NCBI GenBank assembly: GCA_041937175.2
Contig: CP166615.1
Span: 3,424,001-3,488,000, forward strand
Direction of reading: 5' to 3'
From: Limnothrix sp. BL-A-16
GTDB taxonomy: Bacteria > Cyanobacteriota > Cyanobacteriia > CACIAM-69d
DNA: 64,000 bases
In this document: one piece after another, positions 40,589-52,010 of the stretch
Layout: every line of letters starts with the position of its first letter
How positions within the stretch are numbered: the stretch's first letter is position 1
The notes under the pieces: model-generated
The model's input: only the letters and a program-made list of their open reading frames with translations
Told to the model about the DNA's origin: nothing
The model's database searches: none
Program-made: the position numbers and the translations under genes

Positions 40589-41072
40589 GCCTTCTAAACA
40601 GTAATGTCCTGGGGAGAGAAAGCAGTGGGAGCGATCGGGGCCATGGCGGTGATCGTCTGTGGGGTGATCACCCCATCAAAATCGGTACTGATCAATACCT
40701 AAGATGACTGAAAATGCCTCGGTTATTACTCAGCTTACTGCTCCTTATCCTTCATAACCCAAATCCCTTAAAAAGGAAGACTCAAGTTCATGAACTGTCA
40801 CTTATAAGGGCTTGATCCTAGCTTCCATAATTACTTCGTAACTGCCAATAATTGCCGTTTGCGGGCAACCATGATTACGAGTGGTTCGTGACAGCAACAT
40901 GGCAAGGGAAGATTCATAGAAAATCGTTCCTAATCGCAAAACTTAAGCAAGATCTATCGATCGGTTTTGGGCATTGGTAAACGGTGACGCGATCGCCCAA
41001 ATGGCACGATCATTCGCCGGTTCCTGGGTTAATCACCCGCCAAGCACCGCCTCGCTGGCTTGCTATGAATTG

Positions 41073-44000
41073 CTAATTGCTGAAAATAGACATGGCCTCG
41101 GCTTCGTCCGTTTCGCTTCGCGATTGGGGCTTCCGGCCTAAGAGCCAATAGGTGGTCATCATGCCACGTCCTTTAACTTCCAGTTCACCACGCGGCTCTA
41201 ATAGGAATTCTTGGCGCAGGGTTTCGTAAACCGCTTCGGTGACCTGAATTTTGCCGGGTTCTCCCTGGGTTTCCATGCGGCTGGCCACGTTCACCGTGTC
41301 GCCCCACAGGTCGTAGGCGAATTTCTTGATCCCAATCACTCCGGCCACCACGGAACCGGTATTGATCCCAATCCGAATTTGGAAGGGCTGGCCACTGGGG
41401 GTGGTGAATTTGGAGATGGCCGCTTGCATGTCCAAAGCCAGTTGGGCCACGGCTTGCACGTGGTCGGGCTTGGGAACGGGCAAGCCGCCCACGGCCATGT
41501 ATTCGTCCCCGACGGTTTTGATTTTTTCGAGGTCGTGGTTTTCGGCCAGTTGATCAAAGGTGGAGAAGATTTGGTTGAGGAGGTTCACCAGCTCGATCGG
41601 GCGCATTTGGGCGGAAACGGGCGTGAAACCAACCAAATCGGCGAACAGAATGGTTGCTTCGGCATATTGTTCCGCCAAGGATCCTTCGCCCTGTTTGAGG
41701 CGTTCGGCGATCGCCTTGGGCAAAATGTTCAGCAACAGGCGATCGGACTTTTCTTGCTCCATCACCAGGGCTTCTTCCGCCTGTTTGCGCTCGGTGATGT
41801 TTTGGATCGTGCCTTCGTAATACAGCAGTCGCCCATCCCCATCAAAGACCGTGCGGGCATTTTCGGAAACCCAAAAGGTATCGCCATCGCGATCGAACAC
41901 TTGCGACTCAAAGTTATAGATCGTGCCTCGATCAGCAATGACCGTGAGGAAGCTGTCCCATCGTTCTGGATCCACATAGAACCGGCGGGTGCGATTTAAG
42001 CCCATGGGGCCGAGCATTTCCTCGATCGAGTCGAAGCCAAACATTTTGGCCAAAGACTGGTTCCCCCCCAAAAACTGACCATTGGGGGCGCATTGAAAAA
42101 TCCCTTCCACCGCATTTTCCACAATGCTGCGGTAGTTTTCTTCGGCCCGTTGCAGGGCCTCTTCCATTTGCTTGCGATCGGTCACATCCCGGGCCATCGC
42201 CAAGAAAATTTTCTGGCCTTGGGATTCGCGCATTCCCACCCGGGTTTCCACGGGCAAGGTGCGGCCGCTCTTGCAGCGATACATGCCTTCCACGGTCACG
42301 GGCTGCCCCGGCTTCATCATGGCCCAGATTCGATCGTGCTGATCTAAGGAAGCGAGGGTGTCGATCGCCCGCACATTCATTTGCAGCAGTTCCGCCTTGG
42401 AGTAGCCCAACACGGTGCAAACCTGTTGGTTCGCATCCAAAATTTGCCCATGCACGTCATGCACCAACATCAGATCGCCGCTGGCCTGTTCCGTCAGCAT
42501 TCGGAATTGGGCTTGGCTTTCACTGAGGGCCTGTTCTGCCTGTTTGCGCTGGGTGATGTTGTCCGTAATGCAAAGCAGATAGGCTACGCCTCCGTTGGGA
42601 TCAAATAGCGGCACTTTCACCGTGCGCAACACTAGGGATTCATTGGGCCCAGTCACCTGCTCTTCGGGAATTTCTAGCTCGCGCCGCTCTTCCACGGCCT
42701 GCACGTCCTGTTCCAGGATGGTGGTGGCTCGCTTAATGGGAAACAAATCATCGGCGTTTTTGCCCAAGGCCCGATCGCGCGGAATACCAAAGAGCTTTTC
42801 GCTGGCTCGATTCCAGAGCACAAACCGGAAATCCTGCCGCACATCCTTGACATAAACCGCCAACGGAATGTGCTCAATAATGCCGTCAATGAAACGCTTG
42901 GCCCGCAGCACCTCGGCAATCAGTCGCTTGCGCTCGGTGATGTCTCGAATCGCCAGGACGGCACTGGTTTGGTTGTGGTTGGGCGCGCCGTCGGGATCCG
43001 GCAGCGTCACATTAGACCAAGCAATTTCCAGGGAATAGCGATCGCCCGCTGAGTTGTGAAATTCGTAGGCCGTGTTGCCCGAGCCGATTTCCAACGCCCG
43101 GGCGACCGGATGCAGAGACGTGGGCAGTTGTTTGCCACGATGGATCAGAGGCAAGCAGTCGATTAAATCTTGGCCAATGACTTGCTCATGGGACTGCTGG
43201 ACTAACCGCTCAAAGGCAGGATTACACCATTGCACTTTGCCCGCTGGATCTGTCCAAACGAGGGCATCGCGCACGGAGCCAAGAACCGTTTCCAGCTTCT
43301 CCAGGGTCGATCGCAACTCATCGCGGGACACCTCCAACAGCGCCAAGGCCCGCCGCCGCTCCATTTCCTCCAGGCGCTGTTGGGAATAGCGCAGGTCTTC
43401 TTCTAGGCCTTTGTAGTCCGTGATGTCATGAACCACCAACAGGGCACATTCCATCCCGTGGAGATAGAGCAACTCCGCCGACAGCAACACCGTGCGAATA
43501 TCTCGGCCCTTGGTGCGAACCGGAATTTCCTGGTTGCGGATGCTGCTGCCCCGTTGCAGGGTCTGCATCACGGCCAGGCGATCCTCTGCCCGCAGCCAGA
43601 TGTTGAATTCCATGCTGGCAAAGCCCATCATTTCCTCGAAGCTATAGCCAAAAATGTCGAGGAAACTGTCGTTGAAGTCCAAAACGCAACTGTTATCCAG
43701 TTGCATCAGACAAATGCCGCTGGGGCTGGCGTAAAAGATTTTGGAAAACTTGGTTTCGGAGAGGCTGAGGGCGCTGGTTCGTTCACGGATGCGTTCTTGG
43801 AGGGTGTCCCGATCGCGCTCAAAGGCCGCCATGGCCGCCCGCAACTCTCGCATCATCAGCCGCACTTGGCGGGCCGCTTCATCTAGCTCTCGCAGGCCCG
43901 TGGGTTCAATGGGCCCCGTAATGTGACCGCTGGCCATGGTTTGGGCCGTTTGGGCAAACCGAGCCAAGGGCTGCTCAATCAGCCGCAGCAACAACCAGGC

Positions 44001-45086
44001 CACACCCAGGGCACAGCCCACCGAAAGAAAGAGAACAGCAACGGTGAGGGCATTGCTACCCGGATCGCTGAGGCTATCGATCGGGGCGGCCACCAACACC
44101 ACCCAGTTGGGTAAATTCGGATTCTTTAGGGGCTGGGCCCAAAGGCGATAGGTTTGGTTGCCCAGGCGAATCGTGGTCGATCGCTCCCCATCCCACTGTT
44201 CTAAGGGGCCGCTGGCCTGCTGCCAACGCTCCAGCAACAGGGGCCAGCGATCGCGGGCTGGCGGCTGACCGGCCTGGGTCGATCGCTCACTCAGGGCCAA
44301 CAGTCGCCCCGATCGATCCACCACCGCCACATCCACATCCCCCAACTGGGCCAGTTCCACCCCCAACGGTTGCAAAGACACCGCCGACACCGACACCCCC
44401 AAGCGGCGGCCATCGGCCCCCACCACCGGCTCCGCAATCGCCGCGATCGGGGTTGCCGTCTGTTCGCTCAGGGGCCACAGAAACCAAGTAGGCCGGCCCG
44501 CCAAAGTCGCTGCCCGAAACCAAGACTCCCGCTCGATTGCAAAATCGCCCTGGCTGCGCAGCAGACCCGATCGATCCCCTTGGCTATTGGTGTTGTAAAT
44601 GGCCAGCCCCTGATTCGGCTTCGGCGGCGCAGCCCACAGCAGCAAAGATCCCGTTTCCGTGCGTTCCACCGCCGTTAGGGCCCCATTATCCCGGCCAAAA
44701 GCCGCAAATCGCAGGGCCCGCGATCGCTGGGACTGTTGCCACAGCCAACGCTCCAGGTCTTGGGGACTTTGGGCCCACTGGCCCCAGCGGGCCCCATCGC
44801 CCAAGGATTGATTAAGCTGAATTGCACCTTGCAAGTGGCTCACCAGTCGATCGCTAGCCCGGGCCCCCAACACCTGCTGCCATCGCTGGGCCGTGCGATC
44901 GCTTAAATCACGCACCTGCCAGCCATAGATCCCTTGGCTAATGACCAACGCCACCCCCACCGGCAGCACCACCCCCAGCCCCAGCAGCCAACGCAACGAC
45001 AGCCGCCTTGGGCTACCGCCGATGCCATCACCTGTCTGTCCTCCCACCAAACCCATTCGCTTCGTTCCTTTGTGGCCGTTGGGCAA
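41073..45086 (-). CDS. Membrane multi-PAS class III adenylate cyclase
   Basis: 2 TM + HAMP-like region; five PAS-like repeats; ADLVGFT; EKIKTVGD; YDLWGDTVNVASRME (K/D residues typical of ATP specificity). Confidence 0.92.
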   Translation of the reverse strand: MPNGHKGTKRMGLVGGQTGDGIGGSPRRLSLRWLLGLGVVLPVGVALVISQGIYGWQVRDLSDRTAQRWQQVLGARASDRLVSHLQGAIQLNQSLGDGARWGQWAQSPQDLERWLWQQSQRSRALRFAAFGRDNGALTAVERTETGSLLLWAAPPKPNQGLAIYNTNSQGDRSGLLRSQGDFAIERESWFRAATLAGRPTWFLWPLSEQTATPIAAIAEPVVGADGRRLGVSVSAVSLQPLGVELAQLGDVDVAVVDRSGRLLALSERSTQAGQPPARDRWPLLLERWQQASGPLEQWDGERSTTIRLGNQTYRLWAQPLKNPNLPNWVVLVAAPIDSLSDPGSNALTVAVLFLSVGCALGVAWLLLRLIEQPLARFAQTAQTMASGHITGPIEPTGLRELDEAARQVRLMMRELRAAMAAFERDRDTLQERIRERTSALSLSETKFSKIFYASPSGICLMQLDNSCVLDFNDSFLDIFGYSFEEMMGFASMEFNIWLRAEDRLAVMQTLQRGSSIRNQEIPVRTKGRDIRTVLLSAELLYLHGMECALLVVHDITDYKGLEEDLRYSQQRLEEMERRRALALLEVSRDELRSTLEKLETVLGSVRDALVWTDPAGKVQWCNPAFERLVQQSHEQVIGQDLIDCLPLIHRGKQLPTSLHPVARALEIGSGNTAYEFHNSAGDRYSLEIAWSNVTLPDPDGAPNHNQTSAVLAIRDITERKRLIAEVLRAKRFIDGIIEHIPLAVYVKDVRQDFRFVLWNRASEKLFGIPRDRALGKNADDLFPIKRATTILEQDVQAVEERRELEIPEEQVTGPNESLVLRTVKVPLFDPNGGVAYLLCITDNITQRKQAEQALSESQAQFRMLTEQASGDLMLVHDVHGQILDANQQVCTVLGYSKAELLQMNVRAIDTLASLDQHDRIWAMMKPGQPVTVEGMYRCKSGRTLPVETRVGMRESQGQKIFLAMARDVTDRKQMEEALQRAEENYRSIVENAVEGIFQCAPNGQFLGGNQSLAKMFGFDSIEEMLGPMGLNRTRRFYVDPERWDSFLTVIADRGTIYNFESQVFDRDGDTFWVSENARTVFDGDGRLLYYEGTIQNITERKQAEEALVMEQEKSDRLLLNILPKAIAERLKQGEGSLAEQYAEATILFADLVGFTPVSAQMRPIELVNLLNQIFSTFDQLAENHDLEKIKTVGDEYMAVGGLPVPKPDHVQAVAQLALDMQAAISKFTTPSGQPFQIRIGINTGSVVAGVIGIKKFAYDLWGDTVNVASRMETQGEPGKIQVTEAVYETLRQEFLLEPRGELEVKGRGMMTTYWLLGRKPQSRSETDEAEAMSIFSN

Positions 45087-45232
45087 CCCGATCGCTCGGC
45101 CCCAACCCCTTTTATCAGGCTTTGGTCAGCCCATCAGCCTCGCTGCGTCCAGTTTGTCCTGCGCTCATGTCCTAGCTTAATCAACAAAATCATCAATCCA
45201 ATATCACCACCTCGATCGCCACCCCGATCGAC

Positions 45233-45264
45233 AAAAAAGGAGGATGTCCCCATGGAACATCCCC
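45233..45264 (-). terminator. Probable intrinsic terminator after prk
   Basis: GGATGT/ACATCC stem plus A6 (U-tract on the minus strand). Confidence 0.55.
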
Positions 45265-45408
45265 ACCATTATCTTCAAATTGTTTCAGATCCCCGGATTT
45301 CAACGAAAAGGATCCAGAAATTGAGTTTCCAAACTCGCTTTGAAGCGGGTTTCTATCTGTTGCCTCAACCGAGTCTCGAACCAGCTTCGAGGTCAGGATT
45401 CAGGACGC

Positions 45409-46410
45409 TTACAGACCCACACCCACCAGCGTCTTTTGGGTCAGACGCTCATAGGCTGCCCGCATCTTCAGACCCGTCAGCACTTGGAACAGACCCGAAC
45501 CATTGTTCGAGCCAGGGTAGTCACGGTGTTTCAGCAACAGCTCCGTCATTTCGCCGTAGTACTTCGCAGAGGTGTTGCTCAGGTGGCTTTCTACGTAGAT
45601 CATCTCTTCGAGATTCTCGAACTGACCATCCACTTCCAGCACCGAAACTTGGTTGCCGTAGTAGGTGTCAGGCCCATAGAACAGCTTCATACCGGGGTAA
45701 GAGCAGGTCAGCTTGCGGCCGCAGGGAGTCCAGTAGATCGTGGAGCCTTCATCAAACAGATACACCGGCTCGAATCCTTCAACACCCGTGCGTTGCATCA
45801 TCCGCACCCGCAGGATCTTGCGCTCTTCGTCGTTGGCGATCAACTGCGTCGGCAGAATTTGCAGCACCACATCAGCGTGGGTCTTTTGCGGGTCAATGTA
45901 AGCCTCAAAGTCCGGACGACGGGCCTCGATCGCGGTCAGCACATCCTCATAGGTGTGACCCCGCTCAGCCATGTCGCGTTGGATCTTCCAAGCGATTTTC
46001 ACCTCATCGCTGATATCGAGGTAGACGCTAAAGTCCAACAGACTGCGAACGCGCTCGTCATAGAGCGGGTGCAAGCCCTCAATCACCACAATGTGGTTGG
46101 GGTGTACCACTTCCGGCGGATCGATCAGGCCGGTTTCGTGGTTGTAGATGGGCTTATTGATGGTTTCGCCATTCTTAAGGGCTTTGATCTGCTCATACAT
46201 CAGATCAAAGTTATTGGCTCTCGGATCCAGAGCCGTCACACCCGCTTCCTTACGTTGCTTGCGGTCTAGACTGTGGTAATCGTCCAGACAGATCACGGTC
46301 ATTAACTCTGCGCCGAACAAGTCTTCTAGGCGACGCAAAAAGGTCGATTTACCGCACCCGGAATCGCCGGCCACACCAATTAAGACGACGCGATCTGGCT
46401 TGCTGGTCAT
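45409..46410 (-). CDS. prk: Phosphoribulokinase
   Basis: GVAGDSGCGKST; ICLDDYHSLDR; RDMAERGH; PCGRKLTCSYPG. Confidence 0.97.
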   Translation of the reverse strand: MTSKPDRVVLIGVAGDSGCGKSTFLRRLEDLFGAELMTVICLDDYHSLDRKQRKEAGVTALDPRANNFDLMYEQIKALKNGETINKPIYNHETGLIDPPEVVHPNHIVVIEGLHPLYDERVRSLLDFSVYLDISDEVKIAWKIQRDMAERGHTYEDVLTAIEARRPDFEAYIDPQKTHADVVLQILPTQLIANDEERKILRVRMMQRTGVEGFEPVYLFDEGSTIYWTPCGRKLTCSYPGMKLFYGPDTYYGNQVSVLEVDGQFENLEEMIYVESHLSNTSAKYYGEMTELLLKHRDYPGSNNGSGLFQVLTGLKMRAAYERLTQKTLVGVGL

Positions 46411-47161
46411 AAGTTTCCTCTATATCACTAGACACTTTGGCTGGGATGTGTGGCGTGCTCGACAGCGAACAGCGCCTAAGAAAATCCCTGCAATTATCGC
46501 AGTCAATTGATGCACGATCAAAGCGACTCGATCAAAATCATGCACTACATCGGGTCTGCGCTCTATTTGGCATGAACCCCAGTGGCATGAATTACACCGA
46601 GAACCGTTGCTTTGGGACATGAATCGGCAATTGATGATCTCCAAAGGAGAGGGCAGCAAGTGCTGATTCGAGACCCCAATGAAGCGGCCATTGACCTGTC
46701 GCGATCGCTGCGACCAGCGATGTGCAGGGCCGGGGCCGATCGGGCGTTTCGTCAATCGCTGGGTTGCCGTTGCGAAACAGTGATCGGTCACCAACGCACG
46801 ATCAGAGTCACGTTGCTGAAGGATTGATGAAAACCAGCACTCCCCAAGCAACTTCCGCAAGCGTTAACCGCAACGTTGCAATCGCACAAGTTGTTTAACG
46901 AGCACGTTGTCTAAAATTAATAGTTCGTTAAGTATTTTTACTAAGCGAACCGTCAGTAGCGTATCAGACTGATATCGTTCGTGCAAGTTTAGGTTAATGG
47001 GGGTCTTGCTTGGCCGATCGCCCCATTCTTTACCTGGCCAGCGAGCTGCCATTGCCCCCGCAAGCGCAACCGTTTCTCGAATCCCAGCGAAGGCCTTGCA
47101 TCAGAGGGGCTAAAATCTTTGCAGATCGAAACCCACTCCTAAACGTTGATTAGAGTCATAG

Positions 47162-48394
<1,233 letters not shown>

Positions 48395-48469
48395 ACCTTG
48401 AGGGTTCAGCTTCTACCCCGGTTTTGGGCTGGAATGGCTGAGTTGGTTTAGGAATTGCCATGAAATTGA

Positions 48470-48499
48470 GGGGGCCGTTGCGATCGCGACGGCCCCTTT
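48470..48499 (+). terminator. Hairpin terminator after petH
   Basis: GGGGCCGTTGCG-AT-CGCGACGGCCCC-TTT. Confidence 0.65.
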
Positions 48500-48609
48500 G
48501 TATTGAGTATTGAGTTTGTATTGGGTATTGAGTTTGATTGGCTTTGGGTTGAATGGGTGTTGCATGGTGAGTGCAAGCTTTACCAATTCAAGTTCTACCA
48601 ATTCAAGTT

Positions 48610-49678
48610 TTACCAATTGTCGTCCCAGTCATCATCGGGGGCCGATCGATCCCAATCGTTGACCTGAGGGGCGGTGGATTGGGGGGCGGGCGGAGTCAGA
48701 ACGCGATATTCCGCATCGGTGACGGAGCGCGATCGCTCGGCGGGCGGCGGCAATTCTGATTCTGGCTTTGAAGATTCTGGCCTCGAAGATTCTGAGTCTT
48801 TGGCCGTTGCGGCGCGATCGGCCTTGGGCGGTGCTGCCGGTCTTGGTGGCGTTGCTGGTTTTTCTGGCTCTTCTGTTACTTTTGGCGCTTCTGCTGCTAG
48901 TTCTTCTAACTCGTCCTCGTCCCGTTGATAGCGAATGGAGTAGCTGGTTCCTTCGCGGCGGGTGGCAGCGGGGCGGGCGGGCGCTTCAAGGGGCTTAGGT
49001 TCTGGTTTTGGGGGGGCGGCCTGAGGAGTTGGGGGGTCGGGCCGGGGCCGGATCGGGGTCAAAGGGGCGATCGATCCGATTGGTCGATCGGGGACGATCC
49101 TGAGGCGACGATGGGTTCGATCGGGGTGGACTCGGCTGGGTTCGGTTGCTGTCGGGAGCCGTTTCTGCCCATTCATCCCACTCCGGATCGTGATTCCAAC
49201 CCTTCTGCGGGCGATCGGGCACAGCCCAATCGGCCAATTCCTGTTCCAGTTCGGCGGCGGTGGCAGAAGGGCGCGGCTCCGCTTGCAAGGAAAACAGGCG
49301 CGATCGCCAAGAGGCATTGCCCGGTTGGCCTTTCGTTTGGCCCTCGGCGGCCGATTCCCCGCTGCCCCACTCATCCTCCAACTCATCGCCTAAGGGCTGA
49401 TTAATCAAACGCTGTCGGGGAGAGCGAGACTGCTCGGATTCGGGGGCTGGCCGGCGATCGATCACCGGACGGCGAGGCGGCCGGCCCAATTGAACCAACA
49501 GGCCAATCAGTCCCATCGTTGCGGCCCCCGCAGCCACCGCACTAGCCAGCCACCACCCCAACGGCAAAACCACCATCGGCCGGCCGAGCACCACCAACGG
49601 CAGCAGGGGCAAAGGGTTTTGAGCTGCCACCAACAGTAACCCCACCACCAACAGTAGCAATCCCAACAGGCGCGCCAT
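48610..49678 (-). pseudogene. LapA-like membrane protein with Pro-rich tail, frameshifted at a G7 tract (49010-49016)
   Basis: The N-terminal ORF 48995-49678 and the C-terminal frame (…PKPEPK…SYSIRY…TDAEYRVLTPP…DDDW) join if one C is removed. Confidence 0.6.
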
Positions 49679-49867
49679 TACCCGCTCTCTCTCCTTTTCC
49701 GGACGACCTTAGCTGTTTCGTGACCTGGCCGTTCAACCAACCTAGCTCGGATTGGGGCCGATGGGAGTGCTTCCGCCAGGGGAGGCAGGAGGAGCGGTCT
49801 GGACTTGGGCTTGCAATTGGAAATGCCTGAAAAACGAGAATGGCTGCAAAAAGTTCAACCAGTGGGT

Positions 49868-50584
49868 TTAACCCGGCAAATCTTCGGGCGTTTCGTTGCC
49901 CCCTTGCCAGCGCCGGAGAGGCACACAGTCGATCTCTAGGCGATCGAGCGCCCTGGCCACCACAAAATCCACCAAGTCTTCAATCGATTGCGGTTGATGA
50001 TACCAAGCGGGAATGGCCGGCACGATCGCCGCGCCGGCCTCGGCCAACTGGGTCAGGTTCCGCAGATGAATCAAGCTCCAAGGGGTTTCCCGAGGAACCA
50101 ACACCAGCGGCCGCCCCTCCTTCAGTTGCACATCGGCGGCCCGCTCCAGGAGATCGCTGCTTAAACCCGCTGCCAATTTGCCCACGGTGCTCATGCTGCA
50201 AGGCATCACCACCATGCCCAAGGTGCGATAGGAACCGCTGGCGATGGTGGCTCCCACGTTCCCGAAACGATGGCAGATGAGCCGCCCTCCGGTGGGTACG
50301 CCGGCCTGCGATCGCCAAAACGCTTCCTGGGTTGAGGGTTCCAGGGGCATCTGCACCTGGTTTTCTGACTGCCAAACCATGTGGGCCGCCTTGGAAGCCA
50401 CCAGCTCGATCGCGTAGCCCGCTGTTAACAGCCACTTCAGGGCCCGCACCGCGTAGATCAAGCCCGAAGCCCCCGAAACTCCCAAAATCAACGGTCGCTG
50501 ATCCGCTCGATCGTGCGATTGAGGTTGATCAAGATCCGGGGATATATTGGGGCTAAGTTCCGTGCGCTCAACGCTGTCGGTCAT
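49868..50584 (-). CDS. ubiX: Flavin prenyltransferase
   Basis: LGVSGASG; IASGS; PCSMST; RAADVQLKEGRPLVLVPRETP. Confidence 0.95.
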   Translation of the reverse strand: MTDSVERTELSPNISPDLDQPQSHDRADQRPLILGVSGASGLIYAVRALKWLLTAGYAIELVASKAAHMVWQSENQVQMPLEPSTQEAFWRSQAGVPTGGRLICHRFGNVGATIASGSYRTLGMVVMPCSMSTVGKLAAGLSSDLLERAADVQLKEGRPLVLVPRETPWSLIHLRNLTQLAEAGAAIVPAIPAWYHQPQSIEDLVDFVVARALDRLEIDCVPLRRWQGGNETPEDLPG

Positions 50585-51126
50585 CGACCGGGCCGCCATT
50601 TCACAGAACAACCCACCGCCTCCGTGAAGGCAATCGCGATCGGCTGTTCATCCAAAAAACTGGTGATCGCATCCCGCAAATAAGCCTGCGTGACGACGGA
50701 TGGATCCTGGGGGCTATCATCCACCGCGCCGATATAGCGCATTACGCTGTTGGCATCCACCAAAAAAGCCTGGGGCGTTTTCTTGGCCCCGAAGCAGTCC
50801 GCCACATCCTGGGTGGGATCCCACAGGTAGGGAAAATTCAGCCCCCGCTCCCGAGCAAAGACCTTCATCGCATCAAAGCTATCTTCGGGGAACTGATTGG
50901 CATCATTGGCATTGATCCCGATCAGCGTTACGCCCTGTGGCTCAAATTCCGCTTGCAGAGCCTTCAGCCGATCGAGATACATCCCCACGTAGGGGCAGTG
51001 ATTGCACATGAAAATCACCACCGCCGCTTTGTATTGACCGAGATAGGTCGCAAAGTGGTGTACTTTGCCATCGGCCCCAGGAATTTCAAAATCGGGGGCG
51101 TATTTTCCGATACGTTCCATAAGCAT
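50581..51126 (-). CDS. Thioredoxin/peroxiredoxin-like (AhpC/TSA) protein
   Basis: APDF; FMCNHCPYV; GINAND; GCSVKW. Confidence 0.92.
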   Translation of the reverse strand: MLMERIGKYAPDFEIPGADGKVHHFATYLGQYKAAVVIFMCNHCPYVGMYLDRLKALQAEFEPQGVTLIGINANDANQFPEDSFDAMKVFARERGLNFPYLWDPTQDVADCFGAKKTPQAFLVDANSVMRYIGAVDDSPQDPSVVTQAYLRDAITSFLDEQPIAIAFTEAVGCSVKWRPGR

Positions 51127-52010
51127 GGGGGTAAGCCAGTTGCGCCGCGCTCAGACGGCTAGTTTGCTGGGGGTCTCAGCGAGGGGGTGCCACTTCGCCA
51201 AGAGCCGTCTATCCGGAAGCACACTTCCATTGATTCTACGAGGATTCGGCCAGATTCGTGCGCTGGAATCATTTAACCTCAAGAACCCTAAGCCGTTTCC
51301 GCCGGAATGAGAATTTATAAACTTGCGATCTTTGGTCGATCGCTGGGTGTGCAATGTTGAAGCGGCCTTGAAGCGGCGTGCGATCGGCTATCGTCGTTGA
51401 GATTCCGGTTTGGGTCAGGATTGACTACGAATTTGCCCTGGATTCATCTGCCACGCGGGCGCGATCGGTTGGTTTTTAGTTCCGAAATCAGCGGCTTAGC
51501 AAGGCTTGGGATTGGCAAGTCATGGATCGGCCGTGCCATTCAAGCCCTGTGCGAGATCTCAATTCTGGATTGCGAGATTGCAGCAGGGGGGTGCAATTCA
51601 GGATGGGATGAACAATTCGCCGGAGTTCGTCGGGATTTGCCGGGCGATCGGGCGCTTTGTCAGACATCTCCGTAAAATTACGTAGTTAATTCACAGATTT
51701 TGGCATTAAATCGCACTCAAAAAAATCGAGCTAAAGGGATGAAGAAAACAGCACCCGATCGCGAATGGCTCAGGAAATTGGGGCGATCGGGGCTTGGGAA
51801 AAATCTGAGGCCATGCTTGAGACCAGAATTTGGGAAAGGCAGTGGGAAAAGCAGCGGCAAAAGGCTATTGGGAAACCCGTTGGGAAACTGGCACAATACC
51901 GAATTGGAGTTCTGAATCCCCGGCATGGCTTGCTCCCGGTTGGTTGGCTGGCTGTTGGCTGAGCCATTGATTCATGACCCAACGCACCCTATTGCACCTT
52001 TGCCACTGCC

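Noticed and set aside
45340..46269. Long antisense ORFs (e.g. 45340-46269, 44934-46013, 11-646, 41211-41999)
   Set aside because: Shadow frames opposite well-supported genes in GC-rich DNA; no recognisable motifs.
46956..46969. NtcA-like site upstream of petH (GTA-N8-GAC)
   Set aside because: Mismatch to GTA-N8-TAC and no supporting promoter evidence.
51127..52010. Long intergenic regions (also 53691-54749, 18483-18967) as ncRNA, tRNA or small-gene loci
   Set aside because: No tRNA, rRNA, rnpB, ffs or ssrA signatures recognised and the short ORFs look low-complexity; sRNAs cannot be excluded.
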